A stretch of 64,000 bases of DNA from an uncultured Planctomycetia bacterium (GTDB taxonomy: Bacteria > Omnitrophota > Gorgyraeia > JABMRG01), in assembly GCA_964634945.1 (NCBI GenBank), contig CAZWMG010000007.1:3488-67487 (forward strand). The letters run 5' to 3'. A program made the position numbers and the translations under genes. This document shows positions 1 to 10,208 of this stretch, in pieces; position 1 is the first letter of the stretch; each line of letters opens with the position of its first letter. The notes beneath the pieces are model-generated. The model searched no databases, was not told the DNA's origin, and was given only the letters and a program-made list of their open reading frames with translations.

Positions 1-939
1 ATAGCAACCTAATCCCGCGATCATCGCGGCGTTATCCATAGACATGCCCTTAGGCGGGAAAGATATCTCGATATTGAGATCATTGCCTAAGCCATTTAGC
101 CTCTTGCGTAGCGCTGCATTTGCGCTTACACCACCGCCTATAAGCAGGCTTTTCGCTTTTCTGCTTTGGCAACAGGCCCTTGTCTTATAAAGAAGCATAT
201 CAAAAGCTGCGTCCTGAAAGCTTGCGCATATATCTGCAAGGGGTAGTTTTTGCCTCTTCTTCTTAAGGTTTTCCACAAAATATAAGACAGCTGTCTTTAT
301 CCCGCTAAAACTAAAATCAAAGGTATCTTTAGTAAGGTAAGAACGTGGAAAATTTATTTTTTTACAGTCGCCTTTTTCAGCCTGCCTCTCTATGATGGGC
401 CCGCCGGGGAATCCTAGCCCTAAAATCTTTCCTACCTTATCAAACGCTTCGCCACATGCGTCATCTCTAGTCTGGCCAAGAAGCTTAGGCTTCTCCAAAT
501 CATTAATACCAACTAAACTGGTGTGTCCGCCTGAAACAATAAGGCCGACTGACGGAAACCTTATTCGCTTCTCATTAATCGTAGCCGCGTAAATATGGCC
601 ATGGAGGTGGTTCAATGCTATGATGGGAATCTTAAGGCTATAAGCGAGCGCTTTTGCTAACGATATCCCAATTAATAACGCGCCTACTAAACCGGGGCCT
701 TGTGTAACACTTATGGCATCTAAATCACTTAAGTCGATTCTTGCTTTCTTCAATGCTTTATCAAGAACAAAATTTATAAGTTCTGTATGATGACGACATG
801 CTATCTCTGGAACTATGCCCCCATATTTCTTGTGTAGATGAAGACTGGATACAACGATATTTGACAATATCTGCTTTTCACCTGAAGCTACTGCGATAGA
901 TGTTTCATCGCAAGATGTCTCAATACCAAGCACAAGCAT
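1..939 (-). CDS. tsaD: tRNA N6-adenosine threonylcarbamoyltransferase TsaD (Kae1/YgjD family), C-terminal part. The gene runs off the window start.
   Basis: Reverse-complement translation from the ATG at 939 gives MLVLGIETSCDETSIAVA...GPGLVGALLIG...HLHGHIYAA...GGVSANAALR, the typical TsaD motifs. It is open to the window edge, so it is absent from the ORF track. Confidence 0.8.
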   Translation of the reverse strand, partial: MLVLGIETSCDETSIAVASGEKQILSNIVVSSLHLHKKYGGIVPEIACRHHTELINFVLDKALKKARIDLSDLDAISVTQGPGLVGALLIGISLAKALAYSLKIPIIALNHLHGHIYAATINEKRIRFPSVGLIVSGGHTSLVGINDLEKPKLLGQTRDDACGEAFDKVGKILGLGFPGGPIIERQAEKGDCKKINFPRSYLTKDTFDFSFSGIKTAVLYFVENLKKKRQKLPLADICASFQDAAFDMLLYKTRACCQSRKAKSLLIGGGVSANAALRKRLNGLGNDLNIEISFPPKGMSMDNAAMIAGLGCY

Positions 940-1129
940 ATGCTCTCCTTATTCGTGGCTACCTATGGACTATGTCTCTTACCTTCGTAGCGCAGGTATT
1001 TTTGCCACCTACTTAAAACACACGGCAAAAAAATCCAATGCACTGTTAAAGGCAAAGCCACGTGCCATAATCCATATTTTTCTCTACCGTTTCGTTTCAG
1101 AATATAAGATTTTCGCAGTTCTGATTAAA

Positions 1130-1909
1130 TTATTCAGAATTGACCTTACTGACTAATTCTGAAATCAACACGAATTCAATATCACTATCCTTAAGCTCGA
1201 GGGTTTTCTCTTTAATCGTTTCAAGCGTAAGGCTCTTGTCGTGCCCAATGCCAACGGCTGAACCCTTTTCCAGTGCCGTAGCTATAAGTTGATCAAATTG
1301 AGTAGCTATATACTTCTTGTCCGCGATGTTATCAAGAAACACATCTCTCTTAGAAAAGGCTAGGCCCTTATCCTTTGCCACTTGTTCGCAGATAGAATCT
1401 GAAACCGCCACACTATCCAAAAAGAACATGCCCCTTGACTGCAGATAATTCATAACAGCACCTACGGTATCCTTATCACGCGTTACTTTAGAACCCATAT
1501 GATTAGAAACACCCTTAACATAGGGTACTGAGTTTAGCGCTGATGTGACCAGGCTTACTACCTTGTCCTTATCCATTGAGCACAGTATAGTATCTTCTTC
1601 CAGTCTCAGGGAATCATTCTCAGGTTCCATAGGCATATGAAGCATCAATTCTCTATTTTTCCGCTGATATTCCATCGACGCTATCTTGCCGGAAAAAGCA
1701 AGATTGGGTAAAATCGCGAGAGTCAATGGCGCTTCAATCGAATTAAGAAGGCCTATATTATTTAGATTGTAACCCCAATCATCAATTACTATCGCCACTC
1801 TTACATGATCTTTTTTTTCTGAAACATCTATGCGCAAAAATAATGATAATAAGATAACTAAAAGTGCGAGGGTTATAACGCATACGGATATAAGGCTCTT
1901 TTTACGCAT
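1130..1909 (-). CDS. Divergent polysaccharide deacetylase (YibQ family)
   Basis: N-terminal TM helix, then VAIVIDDWGYN ... NHMGSKVT, the hallmark YibQ/DUF610 deacetylase-like fold. Adjacent to ctpA, as is commonly seen. Confidence 0.65.
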   Translation of the reverse strand: MRKKSLISVCVITLALLVILLSLFLRIDVSEKKDHVRVAIVIDDWGYNLNNIGLLNSIEAPLTLAILPNLAFSGKIASMEYQRKNRELMLHMPMEPENDSLRLEEDTILCSMDKDKVVSLVTSALNSVPYVKGVSNHMGSKVTRDKDTVGAVMNYLQSRGMFFLDSVAVSDSICEQVAKDKGLAFSKRDVFLDNIADKKYIATQFDQLIATALEKGSAVGIGHDKSLTLETIKEKTLELKDSDIEFVLISELVSKVNSE

Positions 1910-3162
1910 CAGGCTTCCAATAAGGAGGTGTATCTTGTTTTATCCTTGAGCAATTTTATAGCCTCTCTTACCTGGTTATCTTTTTCCAGGGACTCTTCTA
2001 TTGAGATATTCTTATTGACAGCCTGAGCTTCTGGCAAAATCGGGCTCTCTAATGTTACCGCAACGTCTGGGCTTATGCCCTGTTCATGTATAATAGCTCC
2101 TGATGGGGTATAATAGTAACTTGTTGTCAGGCGTATCGCTGAACCATCTTTCATCGGAACAACAGTCTGCACGGACCCCTTACCAAAACTTTTTTCGCCG
2201 ACGATAAGCGCTCTCCTGTTGTCCCTTAATGCCGACGCCACGATCTCTGAGGCGCTGGCAGAACCCTTATTAATCAAGACAACGATAGGAAAATCCGAGT
2301 AGGGCTTTAAGAAGTCCGATTTGTAAACATTCTCCTGTTGTTTATCCCTGCCTTTTATAGCGACCACAACATCATCTTCTTTAAGAAACATCTCTGAAAC
2401 TCTAACAGACGCATCCAATAGCCCCCCAGGATTGTTTCTCAAATCTATTATCAATGCCTTCATATCTTTCTTAATAAGACGCTTAATCGCCTTTTCAAAA
2501 TCCGGGCCTGTGCGCTTCTGAAAATCTGATATCTTTATATACCCTGTACCCTCATCAACCATCAAGGCATCTTTTATTGATCTTATTCTTATAATAGCGC
2601 GCCTTATTGTAAATTCACGCAGGCTGTTCTCCTCTTCCCTTATAATAGTAAGTTTTACCCGCGTTCCCGGTATTCCGCGCAAAACCTTTACCGCGTCATC
2701 TAGCGTGAAATCCTTGGTAGACTTATTATCAATCTTTAGAATCCTATCACCGGATAATATCCCTGCCTTAAAAGCAGGCGTTCCATCAAGAGGACTAACA
2801 ACAGTAAGCGTATCATCTCTTAATGTTACCCTTATTCCGAGACCTCCAAATTCACCGAATGTATCGGTCCTAAGGTCAATATATTCTTCCGGGGTCAAAA
2901 AGGAGCTATGAGAATCGAGCGAAGATATCATACCATCTAACGCGCCATAGACCATCTCCTTAGCGGTCGCCTCTCTTACGTAATCTGCATCTACCAATGT
3001 AATGGCATCCGCAAGGAGGCCCAGTTCATAAAATATGTCTTCTTTGGTAATAAAAGATTCAGTTAACTCGTTATCCAGTTTATCCTCTGTCGCAAAAACT
3101 ATCGGCAAACTGTGAGAAACAAAGATTAGAAGTACTGCGGATAAAAAAACTGTTTTTTTCAT
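1909..3162 (-). CDS. ctpA: Carboxy-terminal processing protease (S41 family) with a PDZ domain
   Basis: Signal peptide, PDZ region, LINKGSASASEIVA and GEKSFGKGSVQ S41 catalytic motifs. Confidence 0.85.
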   Translation of the reverse strand: MKKTVFLSAVLLIFVSHSLPIVFATEDKLDNELTESFITKEDIFYELGLLADAITLVDADYVREATAKEMVYGALDGMISSLDSHSSFLTPEEYIDLRTDTFGEFGGLGIRVTLRDDTLTVVSPLDGTPAFKAGILSGDRILKIDNKSTKDFTLDDAVKVLRGIPGTRVKLTIIREEENSLREFTIRRAIIRIRSIKDALMVDEGTGYIKISDFQKRTGPDFEKAIKRLIKKDMKALIIDLRNNPGGLLDASVRVSEMFLKEDDVVVAIKGRDKQQENVYKSDFLKPYSDFPIVVLINKGSASASEIVASALRDNRRALIVGEKSFGKGSVQTVVPMKDGSAIRLTTSYYYTPSGAIIHEQGISPDVAVTLESPILPEAQAVNKNISIEESLEKDNQVREAIKLLKDKTRYTSLLEA

Positions 3163-4601
3163 ACTCTTTTCTGCTCAAGCCTTTTCTTGATCGCGAGATT
3201 CGCAAGCTGCGGGTTTGCTTTTCCTTTACTCTTTTTCATGAGCTGGCCAACAAGGAAACCGAGAGCATTGGTCTTGCCGGATAGATAATCATCAGCCACT
3301 TTAGGATTTTCATTCACAACTTGTCCAGCAAGTTCACAAATAGCGCCTTCATCACTTATCTGGACTAGGCCTTTCTCTTTTATAATATCATCAGCTGAGT
3401 TTCCGGTTCTAAGCATATCAGAGAGCACTTCTTTCGCTATCTTGCCGCTTATTGCATTGCTATCTATCAGCTTCAACATCTCCGCAAGATGCTGCGGAGT
3501 TATTTTTGCGTCACAAAATTCAAGATTATCAGCGTTTAGATGCTTCTGGATATCGCCTGTGAGCCAATTAACTATCACCTTGGGCTTGGAATAGAGTTTC
3601 ACGCAAGACTCAAAAAAAACAGACATGCTCCTGTCTGAAACTAAAATAGAAGCGTCATATTCTGACAGGCCGCAATCTTTTATAAACCTCTCTTGTTTCT
3701 TTTTTGGCATCTCCGGCAAGGTCAAGCGAATCTCATCGACTAAGGCCGTATCAATAGCAAACAATAAGAGATCAGGATCGGGGAAATATCTATAATCATG
3801 CGCCTGCTCTTTTGTCCGCATAGGCTCTGAGGCCTGTTTCTGCTCATTCCAGAGCCTTGTCTGCTGGATAATGCTCTCTCCGGATAAGAGCGCTCTTGCC
3901 TGGCGCTTCTCTTCATATATCAGGGCATCTCTTACACCTTTAAAGCTATTCATATTTTTTAATTCAACCTTGGTGCCAAGTTCTTTCTGGCCTTTTGGCC
4001 TTATAGATACATTGGCGTCACAACGCAAAGACCCCTCTTCCATATTACAATCTGAAACATCAAGGTATTTGAGAATAGATTTAATAACGGTTAAATACTG
4101 ATATGCCTCCTCAGGAGAAGAAATATCAGGCTCGCTTACTATCTCTAAAAGAGGCGTACCTGTGCGATTAAAATCCACATAACTTGATGCTCTGCTCTTG
4201 CTATGTATAAGCTTTCCCGCGTCTTCTTCCATGTGGACGCGTGTTATGCCAATTCTTTTAAGCTTATCATTACACACAATATCAACAAAGCCACCTAAAG
4301 ATAAGGGCATATCATACTGTGATATCTGATAGTTCTTTGGCAAGTCAGGATAAAAATAGTTCTTTCTGTCAAACTTCATCCTGTCTGATATATTAGAACT
4401 TAACGCCAGAGCCACCTTTATAGCATGCCTTAGGTACCGGCTATTTAGCACCGGTAGAGAGCCTGGAAAGCCAAGGCATACAGGGCAGACGGATGTGTTA
4501 GGCTTACCACCAAAACTATTTTTACAACCACAGAAAGCCTTGGTTTTGGTTGAAAGCTGAAGATGTATCTCTAATCCTATTGTTGTAAGATATTGGCTCA
4601 T
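3159..4601 (-). CDS. gatB: Asp/Glu-tRNA amidotransferase subunit B
   Basis: MSQYLTTIGLEIHLQL...AFCGC N-terminus and a GatB/YqeY C-terminal tail. Overlaps the gatA stop by 4 nt. Confidence 0.9.
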   Translation of the reverse strand: MSQYLTTIGLEIHLQLSTKTKAFCGCKNSFGGKPNTSVCPVCLGFPGSLPVLNSRYLRHAIKVALALSSNISDRMKFDRKNYFYPDLPKNYQISQYDMPLSLGGFVDIVCNDKLKRIGITRVHMEEDAGKLIHSKSRASSYVDFNRTGTPLLEIVSEPDISSPEEAYQYLTVIKSILKYLDVSDCNMEEGSLRCDANVSIRPKGQKELGTKVELKNMNSFKGVRDALIYEEKRQARALLSGESIIQQTRLWNEQKQASEPMRTKEQAHDYRYFPDPDLLLFAIDTALVDEIRLTLPEMPKKKQERFIKDCGLSEYDASILVSDRSMSVFFESCVKLYSKPKVIVNWLTGDIQKHLNADNLEFCDAKITPQHLAEMLKLIDSNAISGKIAKEVLSDMLRTGNSADDIIKEKGLVQISDEGAICELAGQVVNENPKVADDYLSGKTNALGFLVGQLMKKSKGKANPQLANLAIKKRLEQKRV

Positions 4602-6070
4602 AATTCAGGTTTTTTTCTTTGCCATGCAGCGTTCTGCTCATAGGTATACGCGGCGCGTAAAAGTAGCTCTTCATCAAAATGCTTAGCCATAAATTGCAAC
4701 CCTATAGGCAGCCCTTTAGAATCATATCCGCATGGCAATGATATCGCCGGAATACCCGCAAGGTTCGCGGGTATTGTAAATATATCAGAAAGGTACATCA
4801 ATAAAGGGTCCTTAGTCTTTAACCCCTTGGGCCAGGCTGTTTCAGGAGATGTCGGGGTCAATATAATATCACATCTGGTAAAGGCATCGTCAAAATCTTT
4901 TTTTATTAGACTCCTTACTTTCTGAGCCTTTAAGTAATACGCGTCGTAGTAGCCACTGCTCAACGTATAAGTACCGAGTATAATACGCCTTTTGGCCTCG
5001 CTGCCAAAGGCCTGCCCCCTTGTCCTCTTATACATATCTATCAACGCATCCTGATCTTTAGCTCTATGGCCATATTCAACTCCGTCGAAACGCGCCAAAT
5101 TTGATGAGGCCTCTGAGCAACCCACAATATAGTATACGCTTACCGCATATTTTGTATGAGGCAGAGATATATCCACGACTTCAGCACCGAGATCCTGTAA
5201 GAGTCTTATCGCTTCCTTAATCTTCACACCTGTCTCATAAACCGGTGCTACCTTATCAAGAAAGGAGCTCTCTTTGTTATACTCCTTAGGGATCCCTATC
5301 CTGAGGCCTTTAATATTGTCTTTGAGCGATTCCATATAATCCGGAACAGGTACGTCCGCTGATGTCGAATCCATAGGGTCATGCCCTGAGATAACATTAA
5401 GTAAGGCAGCGCAATCAGTAACATCCTTTGTTATCGGTCCTATCTGATCTAGGCTGGAACCAAATGCTATTAAGCCATATCTTGAGACCCTGCCATATGT
5501 AGGTTTCATGCCTACAACGCCGCAAAGTGAGGCTGGCTGCCTTACGGATCCACCTGTATCGGAACCAAGGGCAAGTACTGTCTCATCAGCAGCTACAAGG
5601 GCCGCTGACCCGCCGCTTGAACCTCCCGGCACCCTTTCAATATCATGTGGATTATTTGTAGGATAGTAGCATGAGGTTTCACATGAAGAACCAAACGCGA
5701 ATTCATCCATATTTGATTTACCAAGTAAGAGCGCGCCTGATTGTTTCAGCTTTGTAACCACTGTAGCATCATATGGGGGCTTAAATCCGGCAAGTATATT
5801 GGATGAGCATGTCGTCAGCTCATCCTTAACGCATATATTATCCTTTAATACAACCGGTACCCTTGAAAGATCCCCTGCGGAGGGATTTTTATCCAGTTCT
5901 TTTGCGCGCTCTAATAATGATAACTTGTCAAAATGAGCAAATCCTTTTACCTTCTCCTCAACCTTATCATATCTGGTTACTACGGAAGAGGCTATATCAG
6001 ACGCGGTTAAGGAATCCTGTGCTATCCTCTTCTTCAGCTCTGAGGCGGTATATTTGGTAAGTTCTTCCAT
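4598..6070 (-). CDS. gatA: Asp/Glu-tRNA amidotransferase subunit A (amidase signature enzyme)
   Basis: Amidase signature GGSSGGSAALVAA...GSDTGGSVRQPA. Confidence 0.9.
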   Translation of the reverse strand: MEELTKYTASELKKRIAQDSLTASDIASSVVTRYDKVEEKVKGFAHFDKLSLLERAKELDKNPSAGDLSRVPVVLKDNICVKDELTTCSSNILAGFKPPYDATVVTKLKQSGALLLGKSNMDEFAFGSSCETSCYYPTNNPHDIERVPGGSSGGSAALVAADETVLALGSDTGGSVRQPASLCGVVGMKPTYGRVSRYGLIAFGSSLDQIGPITKDVTDCAALLNVISGHDPMDSTSADVPVPDYMESLKDNIKGLRIGIPKEYNKESSFLDKVAPVYETGVKIKEAIRLLQDLGAEVVDISLPHTKYAVSVYYIVGCSEASSNLARFDGVEYGHRAKDQDALIDMYKRTRGQAFGSEAKRRIILGTYTLSSGYYDAYYLKAQKVRSLIKKDFDDAFTRCDIILTPTSPETAWPKGLKTKDPLLMYLSDIFTIPANLAGIPAISLPCGYDSKGLPIGLQFMAKHFDEELLLRAAYTYEQNAAWQRKKPEL

Positions 6071-6073
6071 AAG

Positions 6074-6400
6074 TTACTCTATAATTTTAGGGACCTTAAA
6101 AGAACCCTCTTCTCTTTCAGGTGCGTTATTAAGGGCATCACTATTTGATAGTCCGCTCTTTGGAATATCATCGCGCAGCACATTGGACATTGATACAGCA
6201 TGGCTCATAGGCTCTATATCTTTGGTATCAAGCTTATTAAGCTGGTCAACATAAGTAAGTATGTGGTTTAGCTGCTCGGCAAAGAGGCCTTCCTCTTGCT
6301 CGCTCAGGCCTATTCTCGCCAGGTCAGCTACATATCTTATCGTATCCTTCTTTATCGACACATTTACCTCCTTAATCCTGAAACTGTTTCGAACACTCAT
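6074..6400 (-). CDS. gatC: Asp/Glu-tRNA amidotransferase subunit C
   Basis: 108-aa protein immediately upstream of gatA. It has the GatC-like LARIGLSEQEEGLFAEQLNHILTYVDQL sequence. Confidence 0.8.
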   Translation of the reverse strand: MSVRNSFRIKEVNVSIKKDTIRYVADLARIGLSEQEEGLFAEQLNHILTYVDQLNKLDTKDIEPMSHAVSMSNVLRDDIPKSGLSNSDALNNAPEREEGSFKVPKIIE

Positions 6401-6416
6401 AGATTAACATAAAGTA

Positions 6417-7259
6417 TTATTCATGTAAAGAGCTAAGAGCATCAGAAACCCTAGCAAATTGATCGAGACTAAGGCCTTCTGCCCTAATATTTTTATCCAG
6501 GCCGCAGATAGCGAATGCCTCTTCTATCAAGCCTCTATCAATAGAGGCTATAGCGCCTTTAGTCAGCGCGTTAAAAAATGTTTTGCGGCGCTGGTTAAAA
6601 CCTGCTTTCATTATCATAAAGAGCAGCCTTTCGTCTCTAACACTTACTAAGGGCTTTTTTCTTATCCCAAGAGATATGAATATTGAATCAACCTTTGGCA
6701 CAGGAAAAAAACATCCTTTAGCGAGGGCGCAAAGTTTTATTGCTTGACAATAATACTCTACACCTAAACTTAAAAGGCCGTAACTTTTACTCCCAGGCCT
6801 GCTTAAGATACGTTGCGCAACATCTTTCTGCACTGTAATGAATATAGAATCTATACGGTCTCTGTTTTCGAGCAAGTGGAATATAATCGGTGAAGTGATA
6901 TAGTAAGGCAGGTTCCCAATAACCTTAAGCCTGCCCGGCAAATCAGGTATGGCCCATTTTAAAATATCCTTGTTTACGATATTAAACTTCTTATCATCCG
7001 CGTAAGCACTCTTTAAGATATCAGCAAGCCCTCTATCTTTTTCTACGGCAATTAACCTTGCGCACTTTAATAGAATAGCTTCTGTAAGGGCTCCAAGGCC
7101 AGGGCCAATCTCCAGCACCTTATCACTACTTCTCAAATCGCACAGGTCGATCATCTTGTCTCTCTTGCCCTGATCTATGAGAAAGTTCTGGCCAAGCCGC
7201 TTATTAATATATAGGTTATTTTTTGTGATTATCTCTTTTATCTGTCGGGGATTATACAT
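6417..7259 (-). CDS. rsmA: 16S rRNA (adenine1518/1519-N6)-dimethyltransferase RsmA/KsgA
   Basis: LGQNFLID motif, a VLEIGPGLGALT SAM-binding motif, and synteny with pdxA/surA. Confidence 0.9.
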   Translation of the reverse strand: MYNPRQIKEIITKNNLYINKRLGQNFLIDQGKRDKMIDLCDLRSSDKVLEIGPGLGALTEAILLKCARLIAVEKDRGLADILKSAYADDKKFNIVNKDILKWAIPDLPGRLKVIGNLPYYITSPIIFHLLENRDRIDSIFITVQKDVAQRILSRPGSKSYGLLSLGVEYYCQAIKLCALAKGCFFPVPKVDSIFISLGIRKKPLVSVRDERLLFMIMKAGFNQRRKTFFNALTKGAIASIDRGLIEEAFAICGLDKNIRAEGLSLDQFARVSDALSSLHE

Positions 7260-8268
7260 TTTTTGGAGTATGCATCTTTACAGCTTCTCGTATAGCCTGT
7301 TTCATGCTTCCTGGATCAGCCTGACCCTGACCAGCTATACCAAGTGCTGTTCCATGGCCAGGCGATGTGCGTATAAAAGGTAGTCCTAAAGTGATATTTA
7401 CGCTCTTGTTACGGCCCAACATCTTAAGGGCGACTAACCCCTGATCATGATACATGCATAGCACGGCATCATAACTCCCTTTTAGCAGATCAAAAAAAAG
7501 CCCATCAGCGGCTAAGGGCCCGTCTACATTTAAGCCCTTTGCCTTGGCAAGCTTAACAGCGGGAGATATAATCCTAATCTCCTCACTACCGATTAACCCG
7601 CCATCTCCTGCATGAGGATTCAGGCCGCAAATAACGATCCTAGGTTTCCTGATCCCGCAATAAGACTTCAGGTGATTATTTGCCAGTAAGAGTTTATCCA
7701 CTATGTCTCTTGACCGCAGTCTAGATGAGACATCTTTTATAGGGATATGCGTTGTGACCAATATAACATTGAGCGGAAAACTGCTAAGCATCATCGCGTA
7801 TCTTTTAGTAGATGTAATATCTGCCAGATATTCCGTATGGCCGGAATATTGAAAGCCAGAAAGCTCTGCCGCATGTTTGTGGATAGGCCCTGTAACGAGT
7901 AAATCCGCTTTTTTTGCCTGAATTAATGAAACCGCCTTGTCAATATAAGATATAGATGCCTTACCATATATTGGTGAGATCCTGCCAAAAGAAAAACTTT
8001 TTTCCGATATGCTCGAGCGATCAAAGAATAATACCTTGCTCGCTGAAAAATCTATATCACTATCACGTTTTATCGTTCGGTAGGACAATTTCGTCTTGGT
8101 GAGTTTTAACGCTCTTCTAAAGACAAATTCATCACCAATAATCAAAAAATTGGCAAGTCCCCTTATCCGTGGACTTGCCAGTGACCCTGATATAACCTCA
8201 GGCCCTATACCTGCCGGATAACCCATGGTTATGCAGGTTATAGGCCTATTTGATTTTAATGTAAGCAT
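7252..8268 (-). CDS. pdxA: 4-hydroxythreonine-4-phosphate dehydrogenase PdxA
   Basis: PdxA motifs GPIHKHAAELSGFQYSGHTEYLA, NPHAGDGG and TSPGHGTA. Classic surA-pdxA-rsmA order. Confidence 0.85.
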   Translation of the reverse strand: MLTLKSNRPITCITMGYPAGIGPEVISGSLASPRIRGLANFLIIGDEFVFRRALKLTKTKLSYRTIKRDSDIDFSASKVLFFDRSSISEKSFSFGRISPIYGKASISYIDKAVSLIQAKKADLLVTGPIHKHAAELSGFQYSGHTEYLADITSTKRYAMMLSSFPLNVILVTTHIPIKDVSSRLRSRDIVDKLLLANNHLKSYCGIRKPRIVICGLNPHAGDGGLIGSEEIRIISPAVKLAKAKGLNVDGPLAADGLFFDLLKGSYDAVLCMYHDQGLVALKMLGRNKSVNITLGLPFIRTSPGHGTALGIAGQGQADPGSMKQAIREAVKMHTPKNV

Positions 8269-9226
8269 CCTCTTTAAGATTACCTATAAATTCTCTCAAT
8301 GTTAATTCAGACTCTCTTTGATAAAGCCTGTCTCTTATCATATCCTTGACATCGCCGATAGGGAGAGTGCCTGCTTCTTTTTTATCAACGACTTTGATTA
8401 TATAGAATCCCGTGCTGGTTTTTATAATACCGGATGTCTCGCCCGCATTAAGCAGCTTGATCTGGTCATCCAGCTCTTTGATAATGCCGCCTGCCGGCAT
8501 ATACCCCATGTCACCGCCTTTGTCGACATTCGGACCTTGAGAAAATTGCTTAACCAGAATATCAAAATCCTGTCCATCTTTTATCCTGTCTAGGATCTGC
8601 AATACAATCTTCTCGGTCTCATCCATATTACTGTCAGGCAAAGGCTTCACTAAAAGCACCTTAAACCTGGCCATTTTCGGTACTGAGAAATCCTTTATAT
8701 TGCCATTATAATATGCGGTTATCTGGGTTGGGCTAATATTTACGTTGGTATTGATAAGCCCTTTGACCAGATTGCGCATCATGATCTGTTCTTTGTACTT
8801 CTCCTTGAGCCTTGCCATGGTTACGCCGGAATCTTTTATTGCCTGATAAAATTCTTCTTCACTATTGAATCTCTTTTTCACAACTTCAAGACGGCTTTCT
8901 ATCTCGGAATCTTCTACAGCTATCTCTCTTTTTACCGCTTCCTGAAATATGAGCTTTTCCTCTATCAAGCGATTAAGGGCGTCCTGGCGTACCTCGTCCA
9001 TTTTACCCTCTAGTTCTTTTTCTTCATATCGCACCTTATAATCCGCGATAAAAGGAAGCATGGATTCCTGAAGCTCGCTCTGGGTTATAACGTCTTCATT
9101 AACAACTGCTACAATTCTGTCAACAACCTGAGCTGCATAAAGCGTCGCAGGCTTAACGTAAGCAACAGCGCAAAGGAAAAACCCTAAAAAATATAGATAC
9201 CTTATAACCCTTGTCTTATTTATCAT
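8246..9226 (-). CDS. surA: SurA-like periplasmic chaperone / parvulin-type peptidyl-prolyl isomerase
   Basis: Signal peptide, SurA N-terminal-like helical domain, then a parvulin domain (GGDMGYMPAGG...GETSGIIKTSTGFYIIKV). It sits upstream of pdxA-rsmA as in the E. coli surA operon. Confidence 0.7.
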   Translation of the reverse strand: MINKTRVIRYLYFLGFFLCAVAYVKPATLYAAQVVDRIVAVVNEDVITQSELQESMLPFIADYKVRYEEKELEGKMDEVRQDALNRLIEEKLIFQEAVKREIAVEDSEIESRLEVVKKRFNSEEEFYQAIKDSGVTMARLKEKYKEQIMMRNLVKGLINTNVNISPTQITAYYNGNIKDFSVPKMARFKVLLVKPLPDSNMDETEKIVLQILDRIKDGQDFDILVKQFSQGPNVDKGGDMGYMPAGGIIKELDDQIKLLNAGETSGIIKTSTGFYIIKVVDKKEAGTLPIGDVKDMIRDRLYQRESELTLREFIGNLKEDAYIKIK

Positions 9227-9229
9227 TTA

Positions 9230-10114
9230 TTAACTTTTTTCTGCCGGCTGAGCAGCGTCAGGCATTGGAGCAGGTTCATTTTTATTGAGAGATGCCACAA
9301 GCTTATCATCAACCGAAACCTTTGCCTTCTCCTTAAGCTTATTTGTAAACTCGTCAAAACTCTCTCTTTGGCGATCTCTAGTGATTGATGTCATTACAGT
9401 GTCCTTCACATCGTCAAAACTCTGGTATACCGCTGGCTTACGGTCTGTAAGCTTGATTATATGATATCCAAATCTTGTCTTTATGATACCGCTTGTCTGG
9501 CCTATATTCAGGCTAAAAGCGGCTTTTTCAAACTCAGGTATCATCTGATCCTTACTAAAGTAACCAAGATCACCACCCCTGTCTTTTGTAAGGTCTTTCG
9601 AGTATTCCTGAGCAACAGCGGCAAATTCCGCGCCTCTGTCTAGTTCTCCCTTTGCTTTCTCAGCTTCTTCTTCCGTACTAGTCAAAACATGTGAAGCCTT
9701 GATCATCTCCGGAACTACGTATTTTTCCTTATTATCCTCATAATATGCCTTTACGTCGTCTTCGGAAACCGGCGCACTCTTTTTTACTTCCTCTTCCACG
9801 ATCATAGAGATGAGTATTTTTTTCGTAGCATCATTTATGAGGCTTTTTATATCGGGATCTCGATCCAATTTTCGCTTTTTTGCCTCGTTATACAACAGCT
9901 CTTCCACTATCATCTCATTTACTATTTCGTTCTTATGCCCTGCTGCAAATGTCTGATAATATTGCGGGAGCTTCTCTATCTTGGTTTCGAGCATAGTTAC
10001 TGTAATAGGTGTTCCGTTTACAGTAGCAACCACATCACCCGTGCTTTTTTTTGCACACCCAGATACCATACTAATGGTTAATGCCATAAATAGTAAAAAC
10101 AGGCTCTTCATCAT
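9230..10114 (-). CDS. Parvulin-type peptidyl-prolyl isomerase lipoprotein (PrsA/PpiD-like)
   Basis: Lipoprotein-type signal (LTISMVSGC) and a parvulin domain (GGDLGYFSKDQMIPEF...GQTSGIIKTRFGYHIIK). Confidence 0.7.
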   Translation of the reverse strand: MMKSLFLLFMALTISMVSGCAKKSTGDVVATVNGTPITVTMLETKIEKLPQYYQTFAAGHKNEIVNEMIVEELLYNEAKKRKLDRDPDIKSLINDATKKILISMIVEEEVKKSAPVSEDDVKAYYEDNKEKYVVPEMIKASHVLTSTEEEAEKAKGELDRGAEFAAVAQEYSKDLTKDRGGDLGYFSKDQMIPEFEKAAFSLNIGQTSGIIKTRFGYHIIKLTDRKPAVYQSFDDVKDTVMTSITRDRQRESFDEFTNKLKEKAKVSVDDKLVASLNKNEPAPMPDAAQPAEKS

Positions 10115-10208
10115 TATCCCCTTTCATGTGTTATACTAATAATAATTGAAATATTGTACCATATAGACACTACATGCTCAAGCGAAATCTAGCTAACTAA
10201 CCATTAGA